Positions 47,767 through 64,000 of a stretch of 64,000 nt of DNA are shown here, piece by piece. The stretch lies in the NCBI RefSeq assembly GCF_009914755.1, contig NC_060933.1. One strand, given 5' to 3'. A model generated the notes under the pieces. The model ran no database searches, was not told where the DNA came from, and was given only the letters and a program-made list of their open reading frames with translations. The position numbers and the translations under genes were made by a program. Origin of the DNA: the human T2T-CHM13v2.0 reference genome, Homo sapiens. Numbering within the stretch: the first letter of the stretch is position 1; each line of letters opens with the position of its first letter.

Positions 47767-48684
47767 GTAAACTGTAGGGATAGCTTAATTTATTTTTGGG
47801 GGTGGAAGACCATGCAAACTATTAAAATCGTATCAGGGGATTGATAATGTGATACGGCATTTATAATTCATTTAATGAATTCCTTATGAGAGTTTACTAT
47901 ATGTAAGTAGCTGTGGGAGATTTAAAAATGATTAACATTGAGTTTTCTTTAAGATACTTGTAACCCAGTTGGAAAAATGAGATTTATAATTAGCTCCTTT
48001 TAAACAATCAGTGTAGTGCTAGCTTGGTATATTAGCACATTTTTTTTTAGAACAAGTTTGACACAGCTTACACCTAAAGAAATGTTCCTATCTCAACACA
48101 TTCATTTTGCAGGAACAAATTCACTGTGCCAAAATGTGGCTTGCACACATGACCCTTTTTACCAAATATATTTATAAATATATACGTTTATATATTACTA
48201 TGTTTTACACTGATAAACGTTAAGAATCCACTGGTTCTTTGTTTCTTTTTTTTTTTTCTGGCTAAATCTATTGAATTAATCTGTCATTCTCTATTAAAAG
48301 ATATAATTACCTTTTAATGAGGCATGAAGGAAGGGAGCCACAGGAAACATGAATGAGAGTCGTTTTCTAATTTCTAACTTACTACCAGGGCTTCGAATTT
48401 AATGGAAGAAAACCTGATTACAATATAAGATCATGTGAGCCATGCATCTATATGTGAAGCTCACAGGAAATGTTCTGGAAATTCATAGAGGAGAATTCGG
48501 TTTTCATTGTGGGGAATGTTGTGGGGCATCATAAAGAGTAGTTTTTCAGTTGGGACTTTTAAGTGCAAGGAGAATCTAGTAGTCATCAGTGGAGTTCCTT
48601 GGAATTTCTAGTTAAGAAGTTGCATTAACAAAAGCATGGGGATGGCAAGAATGATTGATTTGGTTAAATGAAACGTATCCATGT

Positions 48685-48740
48685 ACTTTCTTCAAGTTTA
48701 GAGTGAGCACTGACTTTCTTCATGTTTAGAGTGAGCACTG
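48685..48740. repeat. 28-bp tandem duplication
   Basis: actttcttca(a/t)gtttagagtgagcactg x2, one mismatch. Confidence 0.9.
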
Positions 48741-48912
48741 AGTTTCCAATACCTACTGTTTGCTATAACTCCCATTGCCCTTATGATTAATCAATTTAGC
48801 ATCATTTATTAGTAATACTAATGGCCACTAATTACTGTGCTTAATATAATCCTCATAATAATCCTGAAAAATAGGATTTATTGTTAACCTAACTTTGCAC
48901 ATAAATGGAATC

Positions 48913-49219
48913 TGGCCAGGCACGGTGGCTCATGGCTGTAATCCCAGCATGGGAGGCTGAGGTGGGAGGATCACTGGAAGTCAGGAGTTCGAGACTAGTC
49001 TGGCCAACATGGTGAAACCCTGTCTCTACTAAATACAAAAAATTAGCTGGGTGTGATGGCGCATGCCTGTAATCCTAGCTACTTGGGAGGCTGAGGCAGG
49101 AGAGTTGATTGTACCCAGGAGGTGGAGGTTGCAGTGAGCCAAGGCTGCGCCATTTGCACTCCAGCCTGGGCAACAAGAGCAAAACTCTGTCTCAACAACA
49201 ACAACAACAACAACAAAAA
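48913..49219 (+). mobile_element. AluS-like with (CAA)n tail, inside a MIR
   Basis: TSD aaatggaatct. Confidence 0.92.
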
Positions 49220-50570
49220 GAAATGGAATCTCAGAAAAGTGAATTTGCCCAAGGTTACACAGCTAGAAATTGGCAGAGTCAGGATTTGGATCTAGGTCTG
49301 TGAATCCACAGTCATAGCTGTAGTCTATCATCATCTCTTGCATTTAGTTCACATAAAGCATTTTGAAGTATGGAAAAAGCATATGTATTGTTTTTGATGT
49401 CAGAGATGCAATTCAGAGTCCCCCTGGAGAGCCAATTTAAGTCATATGTTATATCTGGGAAAGGTGGATTGTTCCCACTGTTTGAAATTGTCTGTTGTGT
49501 AACAGTCTTGATTGAGGTTTGCAGTTTCTCTTCTAGGTCAACACTGGTTAAGATGACAGAGTGGGTAAAAGTTTACATAACTTTCCTCTCTTAACACTCA
49601 GCGATAAAAATAAAACAAAACAAACACAAAAATTGAGAAAGACACTATTATGAAACCAGAGAATGCTCAAATCTTCATACCATAGATTTTGAGGAATATC
49701 TGCTGGTTACAAAGAAATCTGGGCCCGACTAAAGGTTCCTCAGGACTGGCATCAAGTTTTAATTTATAGCAGACATACCTTTTTTAAAAATAAAATTTTA
49801 GGGGGTTCAGAAGGCCTCTACTGATAGTTCTTAACTAGGGAGAGATAAGGACTAATGGCAGTGTGTACCCCTTGGGGGAAATCATGGAACACTAGAACAT
49901 AAGCTCTGTGAAGGAAAAGAGTGTCTGCTTTTGCCTCATGTTGTTCCCTAGCGTATACCACAACATCTGATATGTAGTTGGTGCTCAGTAAATATTGGCA
50001 GTATGGGTAACCCCCTAGAATTCATTTTTATAGTGAAGAGTTAATAACAGGAGAACTGGGACTAAAGAAAACTGTGTAGCCATGCTATCTTTTAATTCTC
50101 CCTAACGCAGTGTACAAACCAGAGAAACCATTCCTGCTGTGATTGTTTGCTTCCAGGGAAGAAATGATTACATTTCTCTCGAGAGGCTTCTTACCCATAA
50201 GACATTTGGCAGAAACCCAGAAATTATAAAGGGGACATGTTTAGAAGCATCATTCTGAAACTGAGATGCTTGTCCTACCCCACCTTAGGCAGATGGGTTC
50301 TTAACACAGATTTTAAACTACTACTACCCAGATTTATTGAAAGTATCCAAAATGTGAAAGAGAATTTTGTAAGAAAAGTTTTTCTAATATTTTTGAAGAA
50401 ATTACCATCCCTTCTAAATTTTAGTACATTTTTCATAGCCACCTTTCCCCAAAGAGTTGTATTTGGTATATTGGTGTTTTAATAAATAGAAAATTACTTG
50501 AGAGATTAGAAAGTAGGGCCAGTCTTGCAAGGTAGTGAAGCTGGGGACATTTACCTTAGTGCCCTTGAGC

Positions 50571-50870
50571 CTTTCTTTTTTTTTTTTGAGATGGAGTCTC
50601 GCTGTGTCACCCAGACAGGAGTACAATGGCACAATTTCGGCTCACTGCACCCTCCGCCTCCTGGGTTCAAGTGATTCTCCTGCCTCAGCCTCCTGAGTAG
50701 CTGGGATTACAGGTGCCCACACCACACCTAGCTAATTTTTGTATGTTTTAGTAGAGATGGGGTTTCACCAGGTTGGCCAAGGCTTGTCTCGAACTCCTGA
50801 CCTCAGATGATCCACCCACTTTGGCCTCCCAAAGTGCTGGGATTACAGGTGTGAGCCACCGTGCCGGGCC
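50571..50870 (-). mobile_element. AluS-like
   Basis: antisense dimer; TSD agccttt. Confidence 0.92.
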
Positions 50871-51818
50871 TAGCCTTTTCTCTTCTTTACCTTATTCATC
50901 CATATATAGAAGATCTCTCACATTCTATCATCTTCTGTGTCTCACCAGCAAAACTGATGATAATGTCCAAAGCATTATAATATAAAAACGTTCAATAAGA
51001 AGTATCACAGATTTCTGAGTCTTTAAAATTAGTGCTTTCAGATGATTGCTGTCTCTGTTGGAGATGCAGATTCAACATGTAGTCATTAGAGGTGTAAAGA
51101 TCCAAACTTTGTTTAGGCAAGTTAAGCTAAAAAATAAAAACAAACAAAATCTAGAAAGAGCATTGGTAAAGATCCATGGAAACAAGTACTGTTGTAACCC
51201 AGTTAGTGGAACTGTAAATTGGTAGAACATTTTGGAAGTCAGTTTGTCGGAAATTTTCAGTATTCTTAAAAATATGCATTCTTTTTAAAACTGAGAAAGT
51301 CAGTTTCTGGACATAAACCCGATGAAAGCAATGAGATATATTCATCCTGATTCCGTTTGTAGCAAAAAGTTAAAAACTCTCTGAGTATCAAGCAAGAGGA
51401 TTAAGTAGATATCTTAGTCCATGTTTATTCTCTGCTTTTATTATGCTTTTTAGTTCCTCTCATGCCTTGATCAGTGCCACTTATTTCACTGTCTTCATAT
51501 CTTATAATCTCTAACTTCTGACTTGAATTTACTTTCCTTAATTGAATTAAATTAGAAACGATTTAATTTGGCCTTTTAAAGTATGTTTGTGTTTTCTTTT
51601 ATAAATTAATATTTCCCATTTTAGAAAATTTAGAAAGTCATAAAAACATAAAAGAGCAGAGAAAAATACCAATCATAACTTCATCACTCAGAGGGAGCAA
51701 TTGTTAGTGTTTGGTATAGTTTATACCTATCTGTTTTCTATTTTATAACATAGATTAGATCATAATGAATATTAAGCTCTTTGTATTTTCATTTTATACC
51801 GTATTTTGCCGTATCATT

Positions 51819-52306
51819 TGTATTAGTCTGTTCTCATACTGCTAATAAAGACATACCCGACCGAGACTGAGTAATTTATAAAGAAAAGAGGTTTAATTTT
51901 TTTTTTTTTTTTTTTGAGACGGAGTCTTGGTCTGTTGCCCATGCTGGAGTTCTGTGGTGCGATCTTGGCTCACTGCAAAATTTATAAAGAAAAGAGGCTT
52001 AATTAATTCACAGTTCTGCAGGGCTGGGGAGACCTCAGGAAACTTAGAATCATGGCAGAAGGGGAAGCAAACATGTCCTTCTTCACATGGCAGCAGGAAA
52101 GAGAAGAATGAGTGCCAGCAGGGGAAATGCCAGATGCTTATAAAACCATCAGATCTCATGAGAACTCACTGTCATGAGAACAGCATGGGGGAAACCGCCC
52201 CCATGATTCAGTTACCTCCCTTCGGGTCCTTCCCATGACACGTGGGATTATGGGAACTACAATTCAAGATGAGATTTGGGTGGGGACACAGAGCCAAACC
52301 ATATCA
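51819..52306 (-). mobile_element. THE1/MST MaLR solo LTR containing a short Alu insertion
   Basis: tgtattagtctgttctc...gagccaaaccatatca; 5-bp TSD tcatt/ttatt. Confidence 0.92.
51899..51978 (-). mobile_element. Severely 5'-truncated Alu (about 63 nt plus tail)
   Basis: poly-T + gagacggagtc...cactgcaa, flanked by a 26-bp direct repeat. Confidence 0.9.
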
Positions 52307-52779
52307 TTATTATATAAACATAAATGTCAACATGCAATTGCATTATATACATATATTATAATTTCTTCAACCATTCTCTACTCCTATTGTTGGACAGTTA
52401 GGTAGTTTGAAATTTTTTAAGTGTTTTAAATAAGACATATATTTTCATGCATAAAGCTGTTTGCTTTGGAAAATGAGAGAAAATACCATATTTTGAATCC
52501 TATAGTTTTATAATTAAATAGCTCCTTTTTTTTTTTTTTTTTTTTGCAATTGACATAATTATGGACCTATGTGGAAAACAAAAGAGAATTAAAGAGGTTA
52601 CAGCATTTTACCTAGAACTATTTTTATTTTCTTTGTACCTATCCATAAATACTAAAAGAGAGAAATTATGACTTTATGCTCCCAGTAAAGTCTTTCAAAT
52701 TTGACTCTTAACATTCCAGTGTTCTTCTGGCTAGCATAGCCATCTCTGTTACCGTTTTTGTGTGTTTTGTTTATTATAG

Positions 52780-52873
52780 ATAATGATGAACCTCTCCTGA
52801 GTGGATCTGGTGATGTATCCAAAGAATGTGCAGAAAAAATTCTTGAAACATGGGGAGAACTGTTGTCAAAATG
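52780..52873 (+). CDS. RABGAP1: RABGAP1 exon 12 (DNDEPLLSG...ELLSKW)
   Basis: ttattatag|AT; AATG|gtaagt; 94 nt. Confidence 0.96.
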
Positions 52874-53461
52874 GTAAGTTATGATAGAATAGTTTTTTTT
52901 ATCTGCAATTTTCATTTTATGGGTAGAGAATCTTACCTAACTATAATCAATTTTGGAACCAGTAGTAGAAACCTAAGCGCAATGTTTGCATTCTGTGATC
53001 TATTTTAGGGATTTATATGAGTAAAAGTAGAGAATTGAAATCAATTTTCAGAATATCAGGAACCTAATAAATTCTCATTGCTGGAGAAAATATTTATCCA
53101 AATGTGGAATTCATGTACAGAATAAATAAGAAAAGTATCTTTTATATTGAAGAGGTTAGGAACCACTGAGTGGTTCAGATAATACACAACAGTCAGTTTA
53201 GAGGGTGTTCACACAATGCATAGAGCCATGGTAGAGACCCCAGGTAGGATTTTTCCCTTATCTGTGATAAGTATCTAGAATGACAGAGCAAAGTGTCATA
53301 AGCATGGTATATATTACCTGCTCTATCGATTACTATCTCTTATAAAATTCCTACTAACACTTACAAATTTTAGGAATTTCTCATCAGCTCAAGAGATGGT
53401 TTGACAGCAGTGTTAAGAAGCACTATCCTATAGGCTATCTAAAAAGAATACATTGCCTTCA

Positions 53462-53772
53462 GGATGGGTGTAGTGGTTCATGCCTGTAATCTCAGCATTT
53501 TGGGAGGTCAAGGCAGGAGGATTGCTTGAGCCCAGGAATTCAAGACCAGCCTGGACAACTTGGTGAAACCCCATCTCTACAAAAATTGAAAAAGTTAACT
53601 GGGCATGGTGACGCACACCTGTGGTTCCAGCTACTCTGGAGGCTGAGGCAGGAGGATCGCTTGAGCATAGGAGTTTGAGGCTGCAGTGAGCCTTGATTGC
53701 ACCACTGCACTCCAGCCTGGGTGACAGAGTTGAGACCCTTTCTCCAAAAAACAAAAAAGAAAAAATACCAAA
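53462..53772 (+). mobile_element. AluJ-like
   Basis: TSD aaaaagaatacattgcctt. Confidence 0.92.
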
Positions 53773-54789
53773 CAAAAAGAATACATTGCCTTTAGGTATT
53801 TATTAACATGACCACAGATATTCTGGTAAGTCAGGTTGGTGAGACATTTATGCAGTTTCCTTTTCTCCTTGAATAGGATGCCAGTATATGCTGAAAAAAG
53901 CTGAGCTTGGAAGTGATCTGAACACTTCTCTATTTCTGACATTCTGGTTACTAGGGTTGTCAAATAAACTCCCTATTGGCCTGTTACTTTGGGGTTTGAT
54001 TTTTCTCAGACATTTTAACTGTTGAAGTATTTCACTGCATTGTTAGAATAAAGCTGTGTCTCAGAATTTTAAAGCATTGTGTCATGCCCTTAAGGGATAG
54101 GACTACAAATGGGCATTATCTGCTTTTATATTACTCTCACAATGCTTTACACTTTTGACAAAACACTCTCCACACTGGAAAATGTCAAATGTGTACAGGA
54201 GAAAAAAGCAAACCAAAGCACGATTTGTCTTTACACAAGTTGTTTTAATAAATGAACTCTGCAAAAAAACCAGAGTAATAGTTTTCTTATATTTTTGGTA
54301 TTTCTTTACATCAGGAGACAAAACTTCTGGTGCTCTTGTCACAATAATATTTTCAGTTCATTGAGTTTGGAGTGTTTGGGATGCTGCTGGCAGGAATTTT
54401 ATCTGTATAAAAAGGTTTCTGCTCTAAAACAGAAACATAATTGAGTTTTGACATGGTTACATAATATATTTAAAATCATGTAGATATAGCATTAAGACTC
54501 TAGTTAGATTTTATTACACGAACCCATCAGCATCTTATACAACTTGGAATTCGTTTTGTTATCAAGCTTTGTTATTCATTTAATTAACATGTCTTCCTAT
54601 TCCCTCAAATGTATTTATTGAGTTTCCATCTGTGTCTGCCATCTTTCAGGGTATTTAAACTATTTTTGCTTGCTTTAGTCATGTCTTCAGATATAATAGT
54701 GTCTCTTCTTTAGTTCATTACATCATTATTTTTTCTCATTATTATTTGTGTTCTATGGATATGTGTTCTATGGGTAAGAAGCATTGTAA

Positions 54790-55180
54790 TAATGGAATTT
54801 TAAAGCCTGGTAGACCTGGTTTCAAATTCTACCTCTCCTACTTTTAAGCTGTGTGGTCTTAGACAAGTCACTTAACTCTTTTGAGTCTGTTTCTTCATTT
54901 AGAAAATAGAAGTCTATAAAATTACCATTTGTAATTATTATAGATTAAAAATAATGGATGCCATGGTTGTAGTTATAGTAACATAGAACTAATGAATTTA
55001 CCATATTTTAGGCACTGTGCTGTTATGTGCTCTGTGTCAACTCTAACAACCTTATAAAGTATTTGTTTTTTACAGATGAGACTGGTGCATAGGTTAAGGC
55101 ATTCTAGTTAGTAAATGTCACAACCAGAATTTTTAACACAGTCACGGCTGATCCCAAGGCTGGTTTATTTAACTCTATAT
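54790..55180. mobile_element. MIR fragments
   Basis: agctgtgtggtcttagacaagtcacttaac; tttacagatgag. Confidence 0.7.
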
Positions 55181-55234
55181 TAGATTTTAGTGGTAGTATT
55201 AATAGTATCTTTGAGCTCTAATTCTCCAAGTTCA

Positions 55235-55473
55235 TTTTTTTTGTTTGTTTTTTGAGACGGAGTCTCGCTGTCGCCCAGGCTGGAGTGCAGTGGCGCGATC
55301 TCGGCTCACTGCAGGCTCTGCCCCCCGGGGTTCATGCCATTCTCCTGCCTCAGCCTCCTGAGTAGCTGGGACTACAGGTGCCCGCCACCTCGTCCGGCTA
55401 ATTTTTTGTATTTTTAGTAGAGACAGGGTTTCACCGTGTTAGCCAGGATGGTCCTGATCTCCTGACCTCGTGA
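55235..55473 (-). mobile_element. 5'-truncated AluY-like
   Basis: ccgtgttagccaggatggtc, CpG-rich; perfect TSD caagttcatttt. Confidence 0.92.
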
Positions 55474-55611
55474 CAAGTTCATTTTAATATGACTGTTAAT
55501 GGATAAGAGAACTAATGTCAGTATAAAATAGGTTGCTAAGTTGGATAAAGTTAATATTATCAATGAGATGAAATTATTCTGAAAGTAATTTTATCAATGT
55601 AAATTAAGCTA

Positions 55612-55836
55612 GTAAGGTTAGCAGGCTTTGTCTGTAAAGAGCCAAATAATAAATATTTTAGGTTTTGCAGGCTAATAGTCTGTCACAGCTACTCAGTTCT
55701 ACTATTGTAATGCAGAAGCTATCATACACAATACTTAGACAAATAAGCATGACTGTGTTTCAGTAAAAGTTTATTTATGAGAACAGGTGATAGTTAGGCC
55801 CAGTGTGGCCCACAGGCCATAGCATACCAGGGATTG
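55612..55836 (-). mobile_element. MER58A
   Basis: tctgtaaagagccaaataataaatattttagg..tgactgtgtttcagtaaaagtttattta. Confidence 0.8.
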
Positions 55837-56572
55837 GGTTAGCAGCAGAACTATGTCTGTTCTTTCTGCTCATAACTTTTCAACTTTTACATCATGTTTT
55901 TATCTAAACAAGGAGAAAACTATTGAACTGTCCATAGCACTTGCATTAGGGCACCAGTGTCACAGAATAAATCACTTTTAAATGTGCTGTGCAGAATTCT
56001 TATAGGATTCTGTGAACATTTTGAGAAAAATCACAGGCCTTTTTATAATTTGATAGTGGTTATTTTGTATCAGTAACTTCTGCTTACGTCTGATAGCCAC
56101 AGCATCTTCTTAATGTCAGGATCCTGTTTTATTGACTCAGTAATGGTGGCTCTCAAGTCACAAACCAGCTGCTCTATAACAGAGCATTCATTAGTCTTAA
56201 GAATTTGAGGACTACCTCAGTCATTTAATTGACTTCCCTGAAATTTTTTCTGCATCTGTAAAACTAGAGGTACTACCATCTACCTCAGATGGTTGTTCTG
56301 AAGGTCAAATAAGATACTGTATGCAGAAGCACATTGTACATTTATACCAACATTTCAAGGCTAGTTTAATTTTCCCCATTTTATAGGTGACATAAATGAA
56401 GTCCAAAGATTTCGATAACTTGTAGTGATATAGTAGTTCAGTGGAAATGTTATTAGCCACCATAAACATTCAGAAAAGTTATTTGAAGGAAAGCATCATA
56501 AAAACTGTTGGAAACATACTTGAGATATTTTATTTTAACTTAGAACATATAAATATACAATATTCTTGTCAA

Positions 56573-57227
56573 TTTTTTTTTTCTAGACAAAGTCTGTCTC
56601 TGTCACCCAGGCTGGAGTGCAGTGGTGCGGTCTCTCACTGCAGCCTTGAACTCCTAGGCTCAAGCGATCTTCTTGCCTCAGCCTCCCAAGTAGCTAGGAA
56701 TATAACCATCATGCCAGCTTATTTTTATTTTTCTGTAGACACGGGGTTCTTGCTATATTACCTAGGCTGGTCCAGAACTCCTGGGTTCAAGAAATCTTCC
56801 CACCTTGGCCTCTCAAAGCAGTGGAACTACATGAGTCACCATGCCCTGCTGACCACTTGTCAATTTGATGTAGAGCTAGGTTCTTGTCATTTATTATATG
56901 TCCACTGATTGGAATTTTGCTCTTTTTTTGTTTGTTTGTTTGTTTGTTTGTTTTGAGACAGTCTCGCTCTGTCACCCAGGCTGGAGTGCGGTGGTGCAAT
57001 CTTGGCTTACTGCAACCTCCACCTCCTGGTTCAAGCAGTTCTTCTGCCTCAGTCTCTTGAATAGCTGGAATTACAGGCATGCGCCACCATGATGGGCTAA
57101 TTTTTTGTATTTAGATGGGGTTTCACCATGGCGCCCAGGCTGCTCTTGAACTCCTGACCTCAGGTGATATACCCACCTCGGCCTCCCAAAGTGCTGGGAT
57201 TACAGGCGTGAGCCACCGCGCCCGGCC
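56573..57227 (-). mobile_element. AluJ (56573-56848) and AluS (56921-57227)
   Basis: two antisense Alus; the first has TSD cttgtcaattt. Confidence 0.9.
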
Positions 57228-57552
57228 ATCTTTTTTATATAAACCATAGCCATAGAGCTTCATCTGTGATTTCCAGTTTTGCTTTTTGTTTTTTTTTTTT
57301 TTAAAGTAGAGAAATAATTTAAAAATACTTAAGAAGCCTTTTGCAGAATCTATGTGGATTTTTGTTTTCTTCCACCCAATCTCTCTTAGTTATCTTGGCC
57401 TCATCTAATTCAGAAGCACTTTTTTTTCCCTTTATTACTTTGTTACCTTGTCACGTATTTGTAAGCCATTTAAATTGACTTTGATAAAAGTAACATTCTT
57501 TAGAGAATCTTATCTTCCTTTTATGATTTATGGTTTATGGCCTTATTTTTAG

Positions 57553-57703
57553 GCATCTCAACTTGAATGTGAGACCGAAGCAGTTGTCATCCTTAGTAAG
57601 AAACGGTGTCCCTGAAGCTCTTCGAGGAGAAGTCTGGCAGCTGCTAGCAGGCTGTCATAACAATGACCACCTGGTAGAGAAATACCGCATTCTTATCACA
57701 AAG
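57553..57703 (+). CDS. RABGAP1: RABGAP1 exon 13 (HLNLNVRP...RILITK), start of TBC domain
   Basis: atttttag|GCAT; AAG|gtaagg; 151 nt; [14 protein letters not shown] is the TBC motif A. Confidence 0.97.
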
Positions 57704-58574
57704 GTAAGGGGGTGATAATTCAGCTTCAGCATTAATCCTTTTAGAGATTTGTGATGAAAAGATCATTATAGTTATTTGACTTATAAGAAGTGTTTATTAT
57801 TAATTTATTTAAGAATAGAACTGTTAATACTTCCAGCTCTAACATGTTTTTTCTGTTGCACGAAGAAGTCATAGTTTTTTCTCCTTGATTCATATCACCT
57901 CAGAGACCAAAGGTGTCTTCTAGCCCATTGTATATCCAGATTCTTTTTTGAGTGTAAATAACATTTTTAGTCAAACAACTTGTGCTATGCAATGTGTAAA
58001 AATTTTCTTTTGATTATTTTAATACTTCTCACATTTTACAGAAATGTGCTCTTGGTAGGAAAGGCTTAGTTCTTCTTAATTCTTCTGCAACTGTAAGAAA
58101 ATAATTCTTTAATCTAAACCATATTCTCTTTTAGCTCATTCCTCTAAAGTGAAAAAAATCTCATTTGTATGGTGTTCCCCTTCTGAAGTTCATGCATTCC
58201 TCAAAGTTTTGCAAGCAAAACAAGAAAAACTATTTCTTCTACAAGCATATCAGGATTTAAAGTAATTTTCTGCAATGTTAGGCAATGTTTTGTGCCTTTG
58301 TGTTCATGTTTTCGGTTTTAGTTTTAATTTTCTCAAATTCTTGAAGTGTTTATCTTCAGGAAGCAGTTTCTCCAATAGTATGCAAATCCCAAACCTGGGT
58401 CGTGAATGTATTGCTCAGAATCTTCAAGAATATAGGAGATTTTTCAATGTGACAGAAGGTAAAACTTTGTCTTAAAAAAGAAAAAAAGTTAAAACCTTAT
58501 AAATTATGAATGATATCTCTCTGTAAAGCTGTTATTTAAAAAAAAAAAAAAAACTTTATATGGGAAGAGCAGGC

Positions 58575-58864
<290 letters not shown>

Positions 58865-59639
58865 TGGAAAAACAGCATTCAAACATGAGATAGGACCTTC
58901 ACCAGAAAATGACTTTTATGTCTTCAGAATATTAATGTTCTTTCTCATCATCCTATATCCAGACAGATTTTTTTTGTTTCAATAAGTATTCTGATTCCTT
59001 CCATTAAGTTGATATAATTGTTTAGCTAGTATTTATCGTTGAGTAACTGTTACAACCACAGTGTTGGAGCTGGGAGGTTAAACACAAAAGCAAGTAGCTG
59101 TCTTATGATAGAATGTGTCTGAAAAAGCACAGTGGGAGCCATCAAAAGAAGTTAACAGTTCTATCTGGGAGAACAGAGGAGTCTTTATCAGGAATATAAC
59201 ATTTGAGATGAATTCCAGGTATAGAAAGATGGGTACAGCATTGTACTCATAGTATGAACAGAGCCACTGAAGAATAAGGTTATATAACATGTATATCTAG
59301 CAGAGATACACCTAGTTTTTATTTTCTTTTGTTGGCAAATCATATTTTGGATTTGTAACACTACTTATTTTTTTTGAAGTCCTTTGAAATGTTTGGTCAA
59401 AAATGATTCTTAAGAGCTTATTGCTTTAAACGAAATATTTTGGTAAGACTATTCATAAGACATGAAGTGTCTGTAACTGAATGGATTCTGTTTTTCTGGT
59501 TCCTTGAAAGTGGTGACGTCTGTTGATAGAAAAGGAACCTGGTAGTTATATGATATGTAAAAGAAAGACTATTAACAAAATATGAAACATTTGATTGATT
59601 TGTATATACTGGTGATGTGTACTTTATATTTCACATTAA

Positions 59640-59948
<309 letters not shown>

Positions 59949-60186
59949 CCCCAAATTTTTTAATGAATATATATTAATTTAAATTGCTAGTAGATGATCA
60001 GAAAATAGAAATTATTTAACCACCATAATATTTGTGAATTTAAAAAAATGTCAGTGATAGCTAACGTAAGTTGGTATTGCTTTTCTTTTCTGTCTTCCTG
60101 GAATTAAGAGTTATCATTGTGTGGGAATGGTAATTGACATCTTTTAACTTACTCTGAAATGTTTTTGGGGGGAGTAAGGTACTTTT

Positions 60187-60218
60187 TACAGTCTACTCTA
60201 CCAGCTGAGCTGTCAAAG
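60187..60218 (-). pseudogene. tRNA-Tyr(GTA) 5'-half retropseudogene
   Basis: minus strand CTTTGACAGCTCAGCTGGTAGAGTAGACTGTA versus tRNA-Tyr CTTCGATAGCTCAGCTGGTAGAGCGGAGGACTGTA (21/23 over the first 23 nt). Confidence 0.7.
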
Positions 60219-60226
60219 TTTGCATA

Positions 60227-61010
<784 letters not shown>

Positions 61011-61544
61011 TTGTGTATATATATATACACACCACTAATTTCTATAAAGTATTTATTCTGAACATGGCTTCTTTGCCAGATATATGCGTTGTGTTCTGAA
61101 ATTTTACATATAATATTACTTTGAGATTTTTTTTTTGCTTAGCTTCTTCAAAGACTAGAGCAGGAAAGAGTGACTTGATTTATAGAGTGAAGATCAAAAA
61201 AATTAACCTGGCAAACAAAACTGATTAATGTCTTTGTCATCATCTTGCATTAGTTGTCAAGCCTGTCTTGTATGGGGTACATGTGGGAAATTTTCAATAT
61301 ACCATTTTAACCCAAGGACAAATGACCTTTCAGTAACATAAAATACATAGTATGCTTTTAAAGGTGTTTCTTATTTCAATAAGCAATGGAGTTAGTTTCT
61401 TCTTCCCGTTTTGCTTTTTAAAGTGAAAATTTTTTAGGTTTTTAAATTTCAGTAGGGATCCAGAAGGGAAATAATAGAACAATAGTAATAGCTACCTTTT
61501 TTAGCACTAAGTATGTGTCAGATACTGTGCAGCGCACTTGGATG

Positions 61545-63790
<2,246 letters not shown>

Positions 63791-64000
63791 CCCTGGTAGT
63801 CTTTGTCTTCTGGTGTTTGATTAAGAGCTCCTCAACCCTGGCCTCTAGGTAGAACTTGTCAGACTCAGAGGGAAGAAAGCTTAATAAGTAATCCACAGAG
63901 ACTCTCATGGCTTCTCTTACCTCCAGTTGCCTGTAATTCTTACAGCTGTTTGGATCTTGTGAATCAAATAAGTTGGAGTTGAAAATGAAGGGGAAACAAA

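Overview
Human/primate intronic-exonic DNA, AT-rich and very repeat-dense (about 55 Alu/FLAM/FAM copies plus old L1, L2, MIR, MaLR LTRs and DNA-transposon MITEs). It is an internal part of RABGAP1 (GAPCenA/TBC1D11) on the + strand. Eleven consecutive GT-AG coding exons were found (numbered 3-13 from recall of the gene model). They splice into one open 1644-nt frame (548 codons, about residues 51-598) covering the PTB/PID domain, the middle region and the start of the TBC Rab-GAP domain. Start codon, promoter and 3' end lie outside the window. Nearly all other ORFs in the track are Alu/L1/LTR read-throughs. I found no convincing new multi-gene system. The best leads are: (1) exon 6 begins with GTAAGC, regenerating a 5' splice site after splicing, and sits next to a stop codon and AATAAA in intron 5; (2) a retroposed 5' half of tRNA-Tyr with an apparent TSD at about 60.2 kb; (3) a 265-bp AT-rich element with terminal inverted repeats; (4) an NF-kB/GATA/CArG/G4 cluster and a strong CTCF core; (5) several template-switch scars. 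Repeat boundaries and subfamilies were judged by eye and are approximate.
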